Shown: piece by piece, positions 39,842 through 52,670 of the stretch | Layout of the letters: each line of letters opens with the position of its first letter | Numbering within the stretch: the first letter of the stretch is position 1 | NCBI RefSeq assembly: GCF_001194135.2 | Contig: NC_068988.1 | Coordinates: forward strand, 46,781,553-46,845,552 | Length of the DNA stretch: 64,000 nucleotides | Direction: 5' to 3' | Source of the DNA: Octopus bimaculoides | Taxonomy: Eukaryota | Translations under genes and position numbers: made by a program | The notes under the pieces: generated by a model | The model's input: only the letters and a program-made list of their open reading frames with translations | The model's database searches: none | What the model was told of the DNA's origin: nothing

Positions 39842-40285
39842 ATTAATTATATGATAAAGAATAAAATCATTAATGATTTCATCAGGAGGCCAGCATTCAC
39901 TGCAGCATTATTTTGCTATTTAACACGTGGTTGAAGACAAAGATGGGAATTCTACTTTGCTGTATGTTTGCAAGTGTATATATAAATTAATGTATGAAGA
40001 TGCTGCTCATATATGCATGTGTAAATACTTGTAAATTTATAGTATGGAATAATGGCATGAAGATAGCAGTAGGTATAATTTTTTACCTTAAGCTTGAAAT
40101 GAGATCTTGTACACACTTAACCAAACGTTTACTTCATTATCTTTCTTTTACTCAAGTATCACCTGTGTTTTCTGGAATTTTTAAAGGGAGTTTGGTGTAA
40201 TTTGACATCTATTTTCAGCACATGGAGAGGCCAATCTTTTGTTATAATTATGTATATAATTATCATGATATTTATATACATCTTG

Positions 40286-40324
<39 letters not shown>

Positions 40325-41118
40325 NNNNNNNNNNNNNNNNNNNNNNNNNNNNNNNNNNNNNNNNNNNNNNNNNNNNNNNNNNNNNNNNNNNNNNNNNNNN
40401 NNNNNNNNNNNNNNNNNNNNNNNNNNNNNNNNNNNNNNNNNNNNNNNNNNNNNNNNNNNNNNNNNNNNNNNNNNNNNNNNNNNNNNNNNNNNNNNNNNNN
40501 NNNNNNNNNNNNNNNNNNNNNNNNNNNNNNNNNNNNNNNNNNNNNNNNNNNNNNNNNNNNNNNNNNNNNNNNNNNNNNNNNNNNNNNNNNNNNNNNNNNN
40601 NNNNNNNNNNNNNNNNNNNNNNNNNNNNNNNNNNNNNNNNNNNNNNNNNNNNNNNNNNNNNNNNNNNNNNNNNNNNNNNNNNNNNNNNNNNNNNNNNNNN
40701 NNNNNNNNNNNNNNNNNNNNNNNNNNNNNNNNNNNNNNNNNNNNNNNNNNNNNNNNNNNNNNNNNNNNNNNNNNNNNNNNNNNNNNNNNNNNNNNNNNNN
40801 NNNNNNNNNNNNNNNNNNNNNNNNNNNNNNNNNNNNNNNNNNNNNNNNNNNNNNNNNNNNNNNNNNNNNNNNNNNNNNNNNNNNNNNNNNNNNNNNNNNN
40901 NNNNNNNNNNNNNNNNNNNNNNNNNNNNNNNNNNNNNNNNNNNNNNNNNNNNNNNNNNNNNNNNNNNNNNNNNNNNNNNNNNNNNNNNNNNNNNNNNNNN
41001 NNNNNNNNNNNNNNNNNNNNNNNNNNNNNNNNNNNNNNNNNNNNNNNNNNNNNNNNNNNNNNNNNNNNNNNNNNNNNNNNNNNNNNNNNNNNNNNNNNNN
41101 NNNNNNNNNNNNNNNNNN

Positions 41119-41487
41119 ATTCACATTGACATTACACATCCAACGGAGCATACTGGCTTCATTCCTTGCGAGCTTACGTATGTCCTTAGCAGTTACAGCC
41201 CATGTTTCACTGCCATGTAGCATGGTTGTTCGTACGCATGCGTCATACAGTCTGCCTTTTACTCTGAGTGAGAGTCCCTTTGTCGCCAGCAGGGGTAAGA
41301 GCTCTCTAAACTTTGCCCAGGCTATTCTTATTCTAGCAGCTACACTTTCAGCGCACCCACCCCCACTACTAACTTGGTCGCCCAGATAGCGGAAGCTATC
41401 GCCTACCTCTAGTTTTTCACCCTGGAATGAGATAGAAGTTGTTTCCTGTTTGTTTGCAGTCTTTATTGCACCTGAACATCTGTTGCA
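41119..41487 (-). mobile_element. RTE-clade LINE RT C-terminal fragment, stop-free, runs into gap
   Basis: 123 open codons: CNRCSGAIKTANKQETTSISFQGEKLEVGDSFRYLGDQVSSGGGCAESVAARIRIAWAKFRELLPLLATKGLSLRVKGRLYDACVRTTMLHGSETWAVTAKDIRKLARNEASMLRWMCNVNVN. Confidence 0.93.
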
Positions 41488-41824
41488 CGGAAAATTCTAT
41501 TGTGAGTGTGTTATATCAAATTTGATGAAACTTGATGCAAGAGTAGAACTCGTGTTTGGAAACCTCATGGCATACTCAGATTGTTGAAAAATTGTTAATA
41601 GGGACCCTGGAAGGGATCCTTATGTATAGCCAAGAAAAATAACCCATTCATTTTTCTAAATAATTTAGTATAAATCAAATTGAGTATGTTTATTTCTTAG
41701 TATTTGAACAATTAGAGTTATTTTCGCAATGTATCCAGCAGCTTCCACTCTGATATGCCATAGTTTCTATGGCTGGATGCCCTTCCTAACACCAACCACT
41801 CCAGAAATGTAATAGATGCCTTTA

Positions 41825-42063
41825 GGTGCTACCATTTACATAACACCAGCAACGACCATGACTATGATTCATGGGTGCCATTTACATGTCACCGGCAACA
41901 TTAGAATTCATAGGTACCCTTTACATGGTGTTGACAACGACCATGACTACAGTTCATGGGTGTTATTTACATGGTACCTACGATTCACAGATGCCATTTA
42001 TATAGCACTGTCAATGACCATAAGTACGATTTACGGGTGCCATTTATGAGGCACCAGCGATGG
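41825..42063. repeat. Degenerate minisatellite, 30-48 bp units
   Basis: About six units starting GGTG(C/T)CATTTA(C/T)AT, several containing CAACGACCATGACTA and ending GATTCAT. Confidence 0.8.
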
Positions 42064-43611
42064 TATATATATATATATATATATNNNNNNNNNNNNNNNN
42101 NNNNNNNNNNNNNNNNNNNNNNNNNNNNNNNNNNNNNNNNNNNNNNNNNNNNNNNNNNNNNNNNNNNNNNNNNNNNNNNNNNNNNNNNNNNNNNNNNNNN
42201 NNNNNNNNNNNNNNNNNNNNNNNNNNNNNNNNNNNNNNNNNNNNNNNNNNNNNNNNNNNNNNNNNNNNNNNNNNNNNNNNNNNNNNNNNNNNNNNNNNNN
42301 NNNNNNNNNNNNNNNNNNNNNNNNNNNNNNNNNNNNNNNNNNNNNNNNNNNNNNNNNNNNNNNNNNNNNNNNNNNNNNNNNNNNNNNNNNNNNNNNNNNN
42401 NNNNNNNNNNNNNNNNNNNNNNNNNNNNNNNNNNNNNNNNNNNNNNNNNNNNNNNNNNNNNNNNNNNNNNNNNNNNNNNNNNNNNNNNNNNNNNNNNNNN
42501 NNNNNNNNNNNNNNNNNNNNNNNNNNNNNNNNNNNNNNNNNNNNNNNNNNNNNNNNNNNNNNNNNNNNNNNNNNNNNNNNNNNNNNNNNNNNNNNNNNNN
42601 NNNNNNNNNNNNNNNNNNNNNNNNNNNNNNNNNNNNNNNNNNNNNNNNNNNNNNNNNNNNNNNNNNNNNNNNNNNNNNNNNNNNNNNNNNNNNNNNNNNN
42701 NNNNNNNNNNNNNNNNNNNNNNNNNNNNNNNNNNNNNNNNNNNNNNNNNNNNNNNNNNNNNNNNNNNNNNNNNNNNNNNNNNNNNNNNNNNNNNNNNNNN
42801 NNNNNNNNNNNNNNNNNNNNNNNNNNNNNNNNNNNNNNNNNNNNNNNNNNNNNNNNNNNNNNNNNNNNNNNNNNNNNNNNNNNNNNNNNNNNNNNNNNNN
42901 NNNNNNNNNNNNNNNNNNNNNNNNNNNNNNNNNNNNNNNNNNNNNNNNNNNNNNNNNNNNNNNNNNNNNNNNNNNNNNNNNNNNNNNNNNNATTCTGAGA
43001 TGTTGCTAATTTTGGTAACTTATGACTAATAAAATTCTCTTTTAAGCAGGTTTTTTGTGGAAGCTCGGTAGAGCTACTACTGTCAAAATTACTACCCTTA
43101 TGTTAAAATTCTAATAAAGAAAGCATACTAAATATGATTTTTAAGAATTTTAATAAACTTATCAAAACATTTCTAAACTTGTAGATGTTTACAAAATTTA
43201 TCAAAATAGAATTTACTGAATTTTTATAATTTGTCACCAAATCAAAACAAAACAAAAAGTGAAGTCTTTTAGTTTTTTAATTCAATAAGTTTTCATTTGA
43301 TAAAGTTTCTTAAAATATTTTAATATGCTTCCTTTAAACAATTTTTTGTGCAGGAGTGTGGGTTTTGTTGGTGTGTTTTTTTTTTCTTTTGCCATGTAAT
43401 TTGCTTTGTTGCCTCCTTTGTTTTAATATAATACAAGTTTGATTGCCTTTTAGGATGTAACAGATTTTATTCTAGACTTTGAACTGCTTTGTTCAGTTTG
43501 TTGTTCCATTAAATAAAATATCAATGAGCAACTCTTGAATTTTATATCATGCAATTTTGAAATAAATTATTTATAATAACATCCATTTATTCATAAATTA
43601 TTAATATGTTT

Positions 43612-43679
43612 TGCTACTACTACTACTACCACTACTGCTGCTGCTGCTTCTGTTACTACTACCACTGCTGTTACTGCTT

Positions 43680-43719
<40 letters not shown>

Positions 43720-43784
43720 AACTACTACTGCTGCTGCTGCTGCTACTACTACTACTACCACTGCTGTTGCTGCTTCTACTACTA

Positions 43785-43823
<39 letters not shown>

Positions 43824-43883
43824 TTGCTTCTGCTGCTGCCACTGCTACTGTTACTACTACCACTGTTGTTGTTGCTGCTTCTA

Positions 43884-43920
<37 letters not shown>

Positions 43921-43948
43921 CGCCACTGCTGCTGCTGCTGTTGCTACT
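43612..43948. repeat. Compound (ACT/GCT/ACC)n trinucleotide tract
   Basis: Read directly; a similar, larger tract lies at 62098-62695. Confidence 0.95.
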
Positions 43949-44283
43949 TAGGTAGCAAGATCGCCGAATTGTTAGCATGCCAGACAAAATGCTTAGTCCG
44001 ATTTCATCCATCTTCATATTCTGAGCTCAGATTCCACCTAAGTAAACTTTACCGTTCATCCTTTCAGTCTCATCACTATAATCATCATCATCATCATCAT
44101 CATCATCATTGTCATCATCCTCATCATCATCATCATTTAACGTCCATGTTCCATGCTAGCTTCGGTGGGATGGTACCACAACAGCTCGATAAAATAAATA
44201 CCATTTAAGTATGGTGGTTGATGGAATTGACTATCCTTCACTCGAAAAATTTCAGGTCATGTACCCATAATAGAAAGGATTAT

Positions 44284-44498
44284 TATTAGTAGTACCTATG
44301 TGCATACTAATTTAGTTAGCAGGTATTTTATCTCGAAGTTTGGTGACAACAAGTCTCCTCAAAGTTCAAGAAAGTTTCTTAGGATTCTTCCAGAATATAG
44401 AATGGTATACTTTTCTGCAGGTCGACAATGCAAATTTCAGTTCCAATCTCTTTCAGTCTTTTAGGAAGCATTTTTGGTGTTGTGCCACAATTATTATT
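44284..44498 (-). mobile_element. R4/Dong-like RLE LINE, short 3' end
   Basis: Minus strand 44486-44359: GTTPKMLPKRLKEIGTEICIVDLQKSI (frameshift) YSGRILRNFLEL*; TAA runs on both sides. Confidence 0.7.
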
Positions 44499-44545
44499 AT
44501 TTGATGGAAACTCTCAGTTTATTTTGCTGGGTACGAGGGAAAGTT

Positions 44546-45093
44546 AGAGAGCATTGCATGCCATCAAAGTGACACAGGGGTAAAATATACGAAGCCCATT
44601 ATACCCATCATGACTACCTGTCTGATAAGGGTACACCAGGCACATGCATCACAACCATATGTGCGCATCGTAGTGATCTCATATCAAGATAAACAGCGCA
44701 TGACCTTGCAGATGGGGCCCAGTTAGAATTTTCTTCAGGTCGAGTAGCCCATCCCGCTCAAAAGGTCCCTGAATAAGATTTCTTTAAGGATGTTGAGCAA
44801 AATACCCATGTTTCCAAAGGTGAATTATTCAAACCCCAAAGAATTCCTCTCAACACATGGCTATGATGCTCCCCCACTACTTCTGCTCATGATCAGAGAT
44901 GCACATATCGTCAGCCACCAAGGGGCATGATCAACTGGTTAAGATCAAGCAACTGACATGCAAATCTATGGTATTAAGCAGAATATTTGCTGTAGCCCAT
45001 CTTTTTATACCAAGACAAAACAATATACATGATAACACTTCCAATCAGTTAAGATCAGAAGCCATGAGAGCCACTGCCTGGGACAGCTTCCGC
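44546..45093 (-). mobile_element. (TAA)n-associated non-coding repeat, family F, about 550 bp
   Basis: Shares more than 300 bp with 36226-36552; starts directly after an (AAT)n run on the minus strand. Confidence 0.85.
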
Positions 45094-45572
45094 ATTATTA
45101 TTATTATTATAACCATTTTTATTTGATATAAACTCTCAGCTTATTTTGCTGGGTATGATGGAAGGTGTCAGCTGTCTACAGCCAGCAGACTAAGGTGGTA
45201 TCAAAGTTGCTGGAAATGGTTACAAAGTAGCTAAAAATCTATTCAGAAGCTTGTGAAAATTTTCACAGGATGCACAGTTCATATAATTTTACAAATTATT
45301 TGACATAAAACTGCCCAGAAAAGTTATTTTTCTTCCTCTGGTCTTTGGTATTTAGACATTTTTTGTAAATTACATCTAGACTATTAGAATTTTCACCCAA
45401 TAGATAACTTTTGATTTTTATTAACATGTGAAATGACATTCACATAAACAGTTACTCAGATTGTTTTATAGTTAATTCGTTAGATAAAAATCCTCACATG
45501 TAATGTTAACTAAGAGCAAAATCATTTCTTCCATTATCCAAAGATTTTGCAAAGTCTAAAAGATTGTTTGTT

Positions 45573-46144
45573 TTAACCCTTTAACATGTAGATTACTCTG
45601 TCAAATATATTGTTTATTTACTCTTTTACTTGTTTCAGTCATTTGACTGCGGCCATGCTGGAGCACCGCCTTTAGTCAAGAAAATCAACCCCAGGACTTA
45701 TTCTTTGTAAGCCTAGTACTTATTCTATCGATCTCTTTTTGCCAAACTGCTAAGTTACAGGGATGTAAACATACCAGCATCGGTTGTCAAGCGATGTTGG
45801 GAGGACAAACACAGACACACAAACACAAGCACACATACATATATATATACATATATATGACGGGCTTCTTTCAGTTTCCGTCTACCAAATCCACTCACAA
45901 GGCTTTGGTTGGCCAGAGGCTGTAGTAGAAGACACTTGCCCAAGGTACCATGCAGTGGGACTGAACCTGGAACCATGTGGTTGGTAAGCAAGCTACTTAC
46001 CACACAGCCACTCCTGCGCCAATTTATTCACATAGTGTACATATAATCATGCATCATCTCGAAATTTCAAGACTTCAATGATGTGGTTGTTTATTTTTAG
46101 AATGATATTGCAGGGTACGTGTGAGAGGTCATACCTGGCTAGAT
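45573..46144. mobile_element. TTAA-ended MITE, second copy, interrupted by a SINE and truncated by a gap
   Basis: Begins TTAACCCTTTAACATGTAGATTACTCTGTCAAAT; resumes at 46021 with AATTTATTCACAT...GTGTGAGAGG; similar to 28263-29173. Confidence 0.7.
45619..46020 (-). mobile_element. tRNA-derived SINE, family E, near full length, with internal (CA)(TA) microsatellite
   Basis: Head GGCGCAGGAGTGGCTGTGTGGTAAGTAGCTTGC..GGTTCAGTCCC, tail ACTGAAACAAGTAAAAGAGTA. Other copies: 61495-61936(-), 55005-55407(-), 16440-16640, 25246-25295, 30080-30190, 51000-51345 and 52810-52910. Confidence 0.9.
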
Positions 46145-46519
46145 NNNNNNNNNNNNNNNNNNNNNNNNNNNNNNNNNNNNNNNNNNNNNNNNNNNNNNNN
46201 NNNNNNNNNNNNNNNNNNNNNNNTTATTATTTTAGTATAATGCAGTGAGCTGGCAGAATCATTAGCAAGCCAGGCGAAATTCTTAGCGGTATTTCATGTC
46301 TTTACGTTCTGGGTTCAAATTCCTCTGAGGTTGACTTTGCTTTTCATCCTTTCGAGGACAATAAATTAAGTACCAGTTGTGTACTGGAGTCGATCTAATT
46401 GACACCCCCCCCACCTCTACAAAAATTTCAGGCCTTATGCCTAGAGTAGAAAAGATTATTATTTCAGTATTTTCAGCTTGAAAATTATATTATTCATACA
46501 TAAGACACTAATTTGGGCA

Positions 46520-47860
46520 CCAATTATGAAGTTACATAACTGAAAAAATCAAAAAACAAAAGTTTTAAAATCTCTTCTTCAGGAAGCTTTCCTTCTAAAA
46601 GAATACACAAATAATTTGCAGCAGTCAGTAGCCAAATTCTGTATACTATTACATTTAATTCACATCATCAGCTTAGCAAAATTTTAAATTTGTTACTTTG
46701 GGATACATTGTCTCCTAAATACTACTTTCTTACCTTATTAATTTTGCCCCTTGCAAAATGAATTGAATCAATTATTGTCAAGCTACTCCTTTGCATAATC
46801 CAATACAGTCAGTTCTTCAAAGACATCAGTTAAAACTTGTGATGTTACTTTGGATGTGATGTTTATCAATTTCTTGTGTCAGTATTTCACCATAGGGTCA
46901 GTTGATTTATCTTCTTCAAAGTAGATGATCCTTGCCTCATTTTTTTTTTTTTTTTTTTTATCTACAATGCAAAGAGTCTAGATAACCACCTAACTTCATT
47001 AACTGATCTCAAAGCAATATCTTTATTTTCAGAAGCCTCTGCAACTTATTTTTAAATTTGTAATTTTGAAAAGTACATTGAGAAAATACAGTCCAGATTG
47101 TTCTCAAAAAGGTTTTAATGTTTCTTACTAACTTGAATTCTTTACAGATTCATCCTCATGGTATTCTAGACATTGTTGCTGAACTAAGCATGGAAAGTCA
47201 TGCTTCAGTCTTACTACATCACTATGAGTCTGTCCAACATTACTGCAGTTCCACCAGATGTATGCATAATCATTTTTAAGAGTACAAATTTCTTCTTTTC
47301 ATAAAACTTTTTGACTATATCTAAATTATTCCATCAAAATCCTTTATCCACCGTGCAGTCTTTAGATATTACTTTGAAGTACAGAATGGAATGTTTCTTG
47401 ATAAATATATCTGAAGTTTCATCAACTGTTAACATGAAAAGTTTGCTGATCCTATTCCTTCAAACATGTCTTTTTTGTATAATGTCTTTTATAATTTCCA
47501 AAAATTCTTTTTGCTTTACCAAGAAGTTTGGTGGCAACTGAACATGTTAAACTGAATGGAAAGGGTTATGTATTTTGGAAGCTAAAACACACCATCAATA
47601 AGAACTTTGGTCTCCTTTAGGTCTACAAATATATCTAGTGGTCACTTTAAAATGTTACTGTTGATCCCAAGTATATCTTTACCGGCTACTTTTAGCAGGT
47701 CTTGTGTTCACATAAAAGGCCCCTTATTAGCTCAAACAATTTGCTGACCGTTTAAACCAAATCGCATTTAACTACAGTTTTTCACAGCCTTTGTAATAGG
47801 GATCCAATGTGTGCTCTTCAATTAAGACTGCAAATTCATCAGGTGAAGTGTTTGTCTAAC
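46520..47860 (-). pseudogene. Decayed hAT-superfamily transposase (ZNF862/ZMYM1-like)
   Basis: Minus strand: QKEFLEIIKDIIQK..SKLFMLTVDETSDIFIKKHSILYFK (47403-47447 holds the first catalytic D motif), GGTAVML..LKHDFPCLVQQQCLEYHED (CxxH-like), RSVNEVRWLSRLFAL (46965-47009), KINKVRK*YLGDNV; many stops and frameshifts. Confidence 0.8.
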
Positions 47861-48464
47861 TGTCTTTTAATTAGTTAAGTAAGTGCAAACATGTTTAATG
47901 TGAAAGTATGATAACATTAATTGAGAGTGTACCTGTATCATGGAGAGGTAAACATTAGTGGTCAATGCTTGAGTAAAATAAACAAAGGCAAAGGAGAAGA
48001 CTCATAATAACTTTTTTAAGAATTGACATGTGTTCATGTACCAGAATTCCTGTGAATTAAAATTGAAAATAAGTAATGTGGTAAGATGAGGCAAGTTTGA
48101 TGTTTGGTAGATGCAGTTACTACTTTCATGGTAAAGATCTATGTAAATAGATGAAAAAATACAATGGTGTACATTGAAGTGTCAGGCACGAAGTAAAGCT
48201 TAACATTCCAGGTGGCACCTACTGTCAGAGAAAAAGTACTGACAGAACTTCTTCACTGAAATTATTGAATTGGTCCCTGTATTTAACTGGTCAATATTTA
48301 TTGATCATGAAATCAATTTGAAACAAATTTTATTCTTGCAGGCTTTGAACTAAAACAATACGAAGACATACAACTGAACACTGCAAGTTCTTTTTGACTG
48401 AGCAGAACTATGACCAAAAGCAATTTACCACTGGTCATCTTGTCATGTTTCTTTCAAGCACAGT

Positions 48465-48841
48465 GTGTTGGCACTCTGTCGCTTACGATGTCATGGGTTC
48501 CAGTTGATCTGATCAACGGAACAGCCTGCTTGTGAAATTAACATGCAAGTGTCAGAGCTCTCCACTGACACGTCTACCCTTAACGTAGTTCTCGGGGATA
48601 TTCAGCGTGACACAGTGTGACAAGGCTGACCCTTTGAATTACAGGCACAACAGTAAGTAAGAGTGAGAGAAAGTTGTGGTGAAAGAGTACAGTAGGGTTC
48701 GCCACCATCCTCTGACGGAGCCTCGTGAAGCATTAGGTGTTTTCACTCAATAAACACTCACAACGCCCGGTCTGGGGATCGAAACTGCGATCCTATGACT
48801 GCGAGTCTGCTGCCCTAACCACTGGGCCATTGCGCCTCCAC
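48465..48841 (-). mobile_element. Full-length tRNA-derived SINE, family C, with 11-bp TSD
   Basis: Head TGGAGGCGCAATGGCCCAGTGGTTAGGGCAGCAGACTCGCAGTC..GTTTCGATCCCC; TCAAGCACAGT is duplicated at 48454-48464 and 48842-48852. Confidence 0.92.
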
Positions 48842-49807
48842 TCAAGCACAGTATACCTAGGACTATCAAATTATTCAATATGACCTTCCATATATAAGAC
48901 TTTATTAGGGAGCATGCTTTGAAGGAAATTTGGTTGCTATGTGTAGCAACATAGACGCTTGATTCTTTTCACTCATGACTTCCCTCATTGATACAAAATA
49001 CCGAAAGTTGTTTTGTGTGGTTCTCAAGCATATGTGCCTATCCACAACTCTGCTTCATTATTCAATACTAAGCATACAAAGAGGTGAGATAGAAATCATT
49101 CAGGAACACCTGAGTAAGTTAATCTCTAATTTCCCACAAGAGCTACATATCTTACTTAAAGCCACAAATAGTTAATCAAATACTTTGTAATATTCGATTA
49201 GCTTCAGGATTTCTATTGTATCTCATGGCTAAACTTTCTGGGTAAAACTTTGTATAAGCCCCATGCATTTCCTGATCAATTCACAGGGCGATATTCAATA
49301 TGAAAGATATTATAAATTGTATCAGAGTAACAAATTGACTTGTTTGAGGGATTATCTGATTCGGAGAAAGAACAACTACAGCAACTGTTATGGTTTATTG
49401 GGAACTATGTAAATCTTGGATATGAGAGACTTCAATAAACTTTGTATGCACATATGCCTATAGACTCATGAATATGTATATATGTATATAAATATACACA
49501 TATACACATGTACATGAAGTGGGAGACAGAGTCGTCTGAGTCTTAATGTACTACAACAAGCATGCATATGTATGTATGCTCAGTTTCATAAATACATCTT
49601 GTGTGTACATGTGTGTGTTTGTGTGTGTGTATGTGTATATATATGTGTGTGTGTATATGCATATATACATATGAGTGTACGTGTGTGTGTTTGTGTTTAT
49701 GTATGTGTATGTATATATATATTAATATCACGTACACACATGTATGCTCACTTAGACACATATGTGTATATATTATGTACACATACTTAGATACAAACCT
49801 ACCTACA

Positions 49808-49845
<38 letters not shown>

Positions 49846-49855
49846 NNNNNNNNNN

Positions 49856-49897
<42 letters not shown>

Positions 49898-50215
49898 CAT
49901 ACAAATGCACACATACATATAAACATGCATCCATACATTACTATTTGAAGACAAATGTACACAAAGAGAACACAAGCTTAATTAGTTAGCAAGAAAGTAG
50001 TTTTATGAAGATCTAATCAAGTGTACAATGAACACCTACAGCTGGTCATAAGTTCTTGTTCTTCAATACGAAATTCAATTAGAATTTTAGCTTTCTAAAT
50101 ATTGCAAATTAGCTTCACTTTGTTAGTTCTGCAGTCTGCTATAGCTTAATTCTCACAGAGCAACGATTCCTGAAAGATGATACAATGTAAGATAGAATGT
50201 CATGGTCAATGTACA

Positions 50216-50260
<45 letters not shown>

Positions 50261-50515
50261 TACATACATACATACACATATACATACATATACCTCTCTC
50301 TTTCTCTCTCTCATACATACATACACATGTATGTATGTATGTATATATATACGTATGTATAGATACTAATGTGAGCACATACAAACACATGGTATGACTA
50401 ACTTCCAGGATACATAATCTAGGATATCTAAATGTTTACACATAAAACTTCATATACATATACATAAATATACAAACATAAATTTATATATACATGTAAA
50501 TATATATAAATACCT

Positions 50516-50567
<52 letters not shown>

Positions 50568-51744
50568 GCACACACACACACACACTTACATACATCTCAT
50601 TAGAGTTTGACCTTTCATTAATGAATTTTTGGTTAAATAAACATCAGGAAAAGCTATTAACCCATTTAATATTAAGCCATTCTTATTATTCAAATGTACA
50701 TCTTGTTAGTATTACAAAGTTGTATCTCGTATGTTTCCCAGCCAACAGGAACATAAATATCTAGCATAACTTTCAAACATGCCTATAACTATCTTCAGAG
50801 GGGAGTTGTTAAAGCAAGGTTAAAAACTGTGTATTTAATTACACATATTACTGTGGAAGTAGTGATTTAATGTGGTTGTTTACATGCAGGGGATCCTTAA
50901 TCAAGCAGCTGTAACTATCTTTTATGTTTTACCTGTTTAAGACATTGATCTGTTTCCATGCTGGGACACTACTTCGAAGTTTGTATTCTATTTGTTGAAC
51001 AAATAGATTCTAATACTTACATTTAAACCTAGTATTTATTATTCTAGTAGTCTCTTTTGGTGAACTGTTAAGTTATGGGGGTATAAAAAATAAAGCAACA
51101 TTAACTGTCACAAGGTGGGAGATAAACTCAAACATAATGATGCATCCACACACACACACACACACACACATGAATGTATGTATGTGTGCAGATAGATAGA
51201 TAGATAGATATAGATATAGATATATATTTATGTATATGATGTGCTTTTTCAGTTTTCATCTACCAAATTTACTCACAAAGATTGATTTGCCCAAGGCTAT
51301 AATAGAAGACATTTACTTGCCCAAGGGCCATGCAGTGAGTCATATATTTTCTAAACAAAGCATATCTCAAACTAGATTATATAATCTGGCATTTCTTCCT
51401 TTAATTAAAATGGCTGTCTGGTTTGAATGAGACTTAGCTGCTTTTTCTTGCAGCTTGAGTGATTGATAAGAAACTTCTTTGTTGGCTCTACTAGTGAAAT
51501 TCGGAATTAAGGTGTGGCTACTGTTGGTTTTGCTTTTGATTGGTTGAAAATAAAAGCAACAGTTCTATTGTGATTGGTCTGCAATCAAGGAAAGGAGTGG
51601 CTGTTTTTTAGTAGGTGTGTCAATAATGTAAGGTATGCAACAAATTGGTTATATTTATATATTTGTCATATACTTTTCTTGTTCAATGTGGCTATTAGAA
51701 TTATATTCTTCAATTCATCTTTATATATATATGAAGATTTATAG

Positions 51745-51789
<45 letters not shown>

Positions 51790-51975
51790 NNNNNNNNNNN
51801 NNNNNNNNNNNNNNNNNNNNNNNNNNNNNNNNNNNNNNNNNNNNNNNNNNNNNNNNNNNNNNNNNNNNNNNNNNNNNNNNNNNNNNNNNNNNNNNNNNNN
51901 NNNNNNNNNNNNNNNNNNNNNNNNNNNNNNNNNNNNNNNNNNNNNNNNNNTATATGCCTATATGTATATATAAAT

Positions 51976-52013
<38 letters not shown>

Positions 52014-52598
52014 TAATATCAAACAATTTTAAAATATGTCTGGAAACTTATCAGTGTTACACTTCATAAAAATGTGATTTCTTGCTAACTGGAAATGGAA
52101 GCTTGTGTTTCTGTTTTTGTTTCTATTTTTCTCTTATTGTTAGTTTATTTAGTTATATAATTTTTTGGCATGTATATATATGTATACAAGTATTCCTTGT
52201 ACAATGTTTATGTTTTATCAGCACTAAACATTTATGAATTCAAATTAAAGTTTTTGAAAATATTATTTATTTTTATGGAGACCAGTGTCTTTTGCTTTCT
52301 TGTTTTTCTTTTTTTTTTTTAGCAAAGATTCAGTCATCATTTTTTGTGGTATAATTTCCATTCCAATGATTATTTCATTTCAATTTAATTTTATGTGATG
52401 GAAAGTTTAAAAAACCACAAAAAAAAAATGACTAGACCTTTCAAAAGATTTTTCTGAAAATGTCTCATCAATTTAGTAATTCTCATGATTTTTACAACAT
52501 TCTTCATCATCATCATTCTCATTGTCATCATTGTCATCAATGTCACCATGGCCCTCCTCCCCAGCCCCACCACCACTTATTGCTAATCCCACTCGCCA

Positions 52599-52670
52599 CC
52601 TGTTGCTAACACATTTCCTGTTGCTAACATCCTTCCTGTTGCTAATGTCCTTCTTGTTGCTAACTTCACT
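52599..52670. repeat. 18-bp minisatellite x4
   Basis: CCTGTTGCTAACACATTT / CCTGTTGCTAACATCCTT / CCTGTTGCTAATGTCCTT / CTTGTTGCTAACTTCACT; a degenerate fifth unit at 52576. Confidence 0.9.

Noticed and set aside
39886-39961. Possible plus-strand exon (EASIHCSIILLFNTWLKTKMGILLC) with AG/GT ends
   Set aside because: Short and unrecognised; such matches are expected by chance in 64 kb.
47148-47259. Exon-like plus-strand segment as evidence of a host gene
   Set aside because: It is the antisense of recognisable hAT transposase sequence; kept only as a low-probability exonisation idea.
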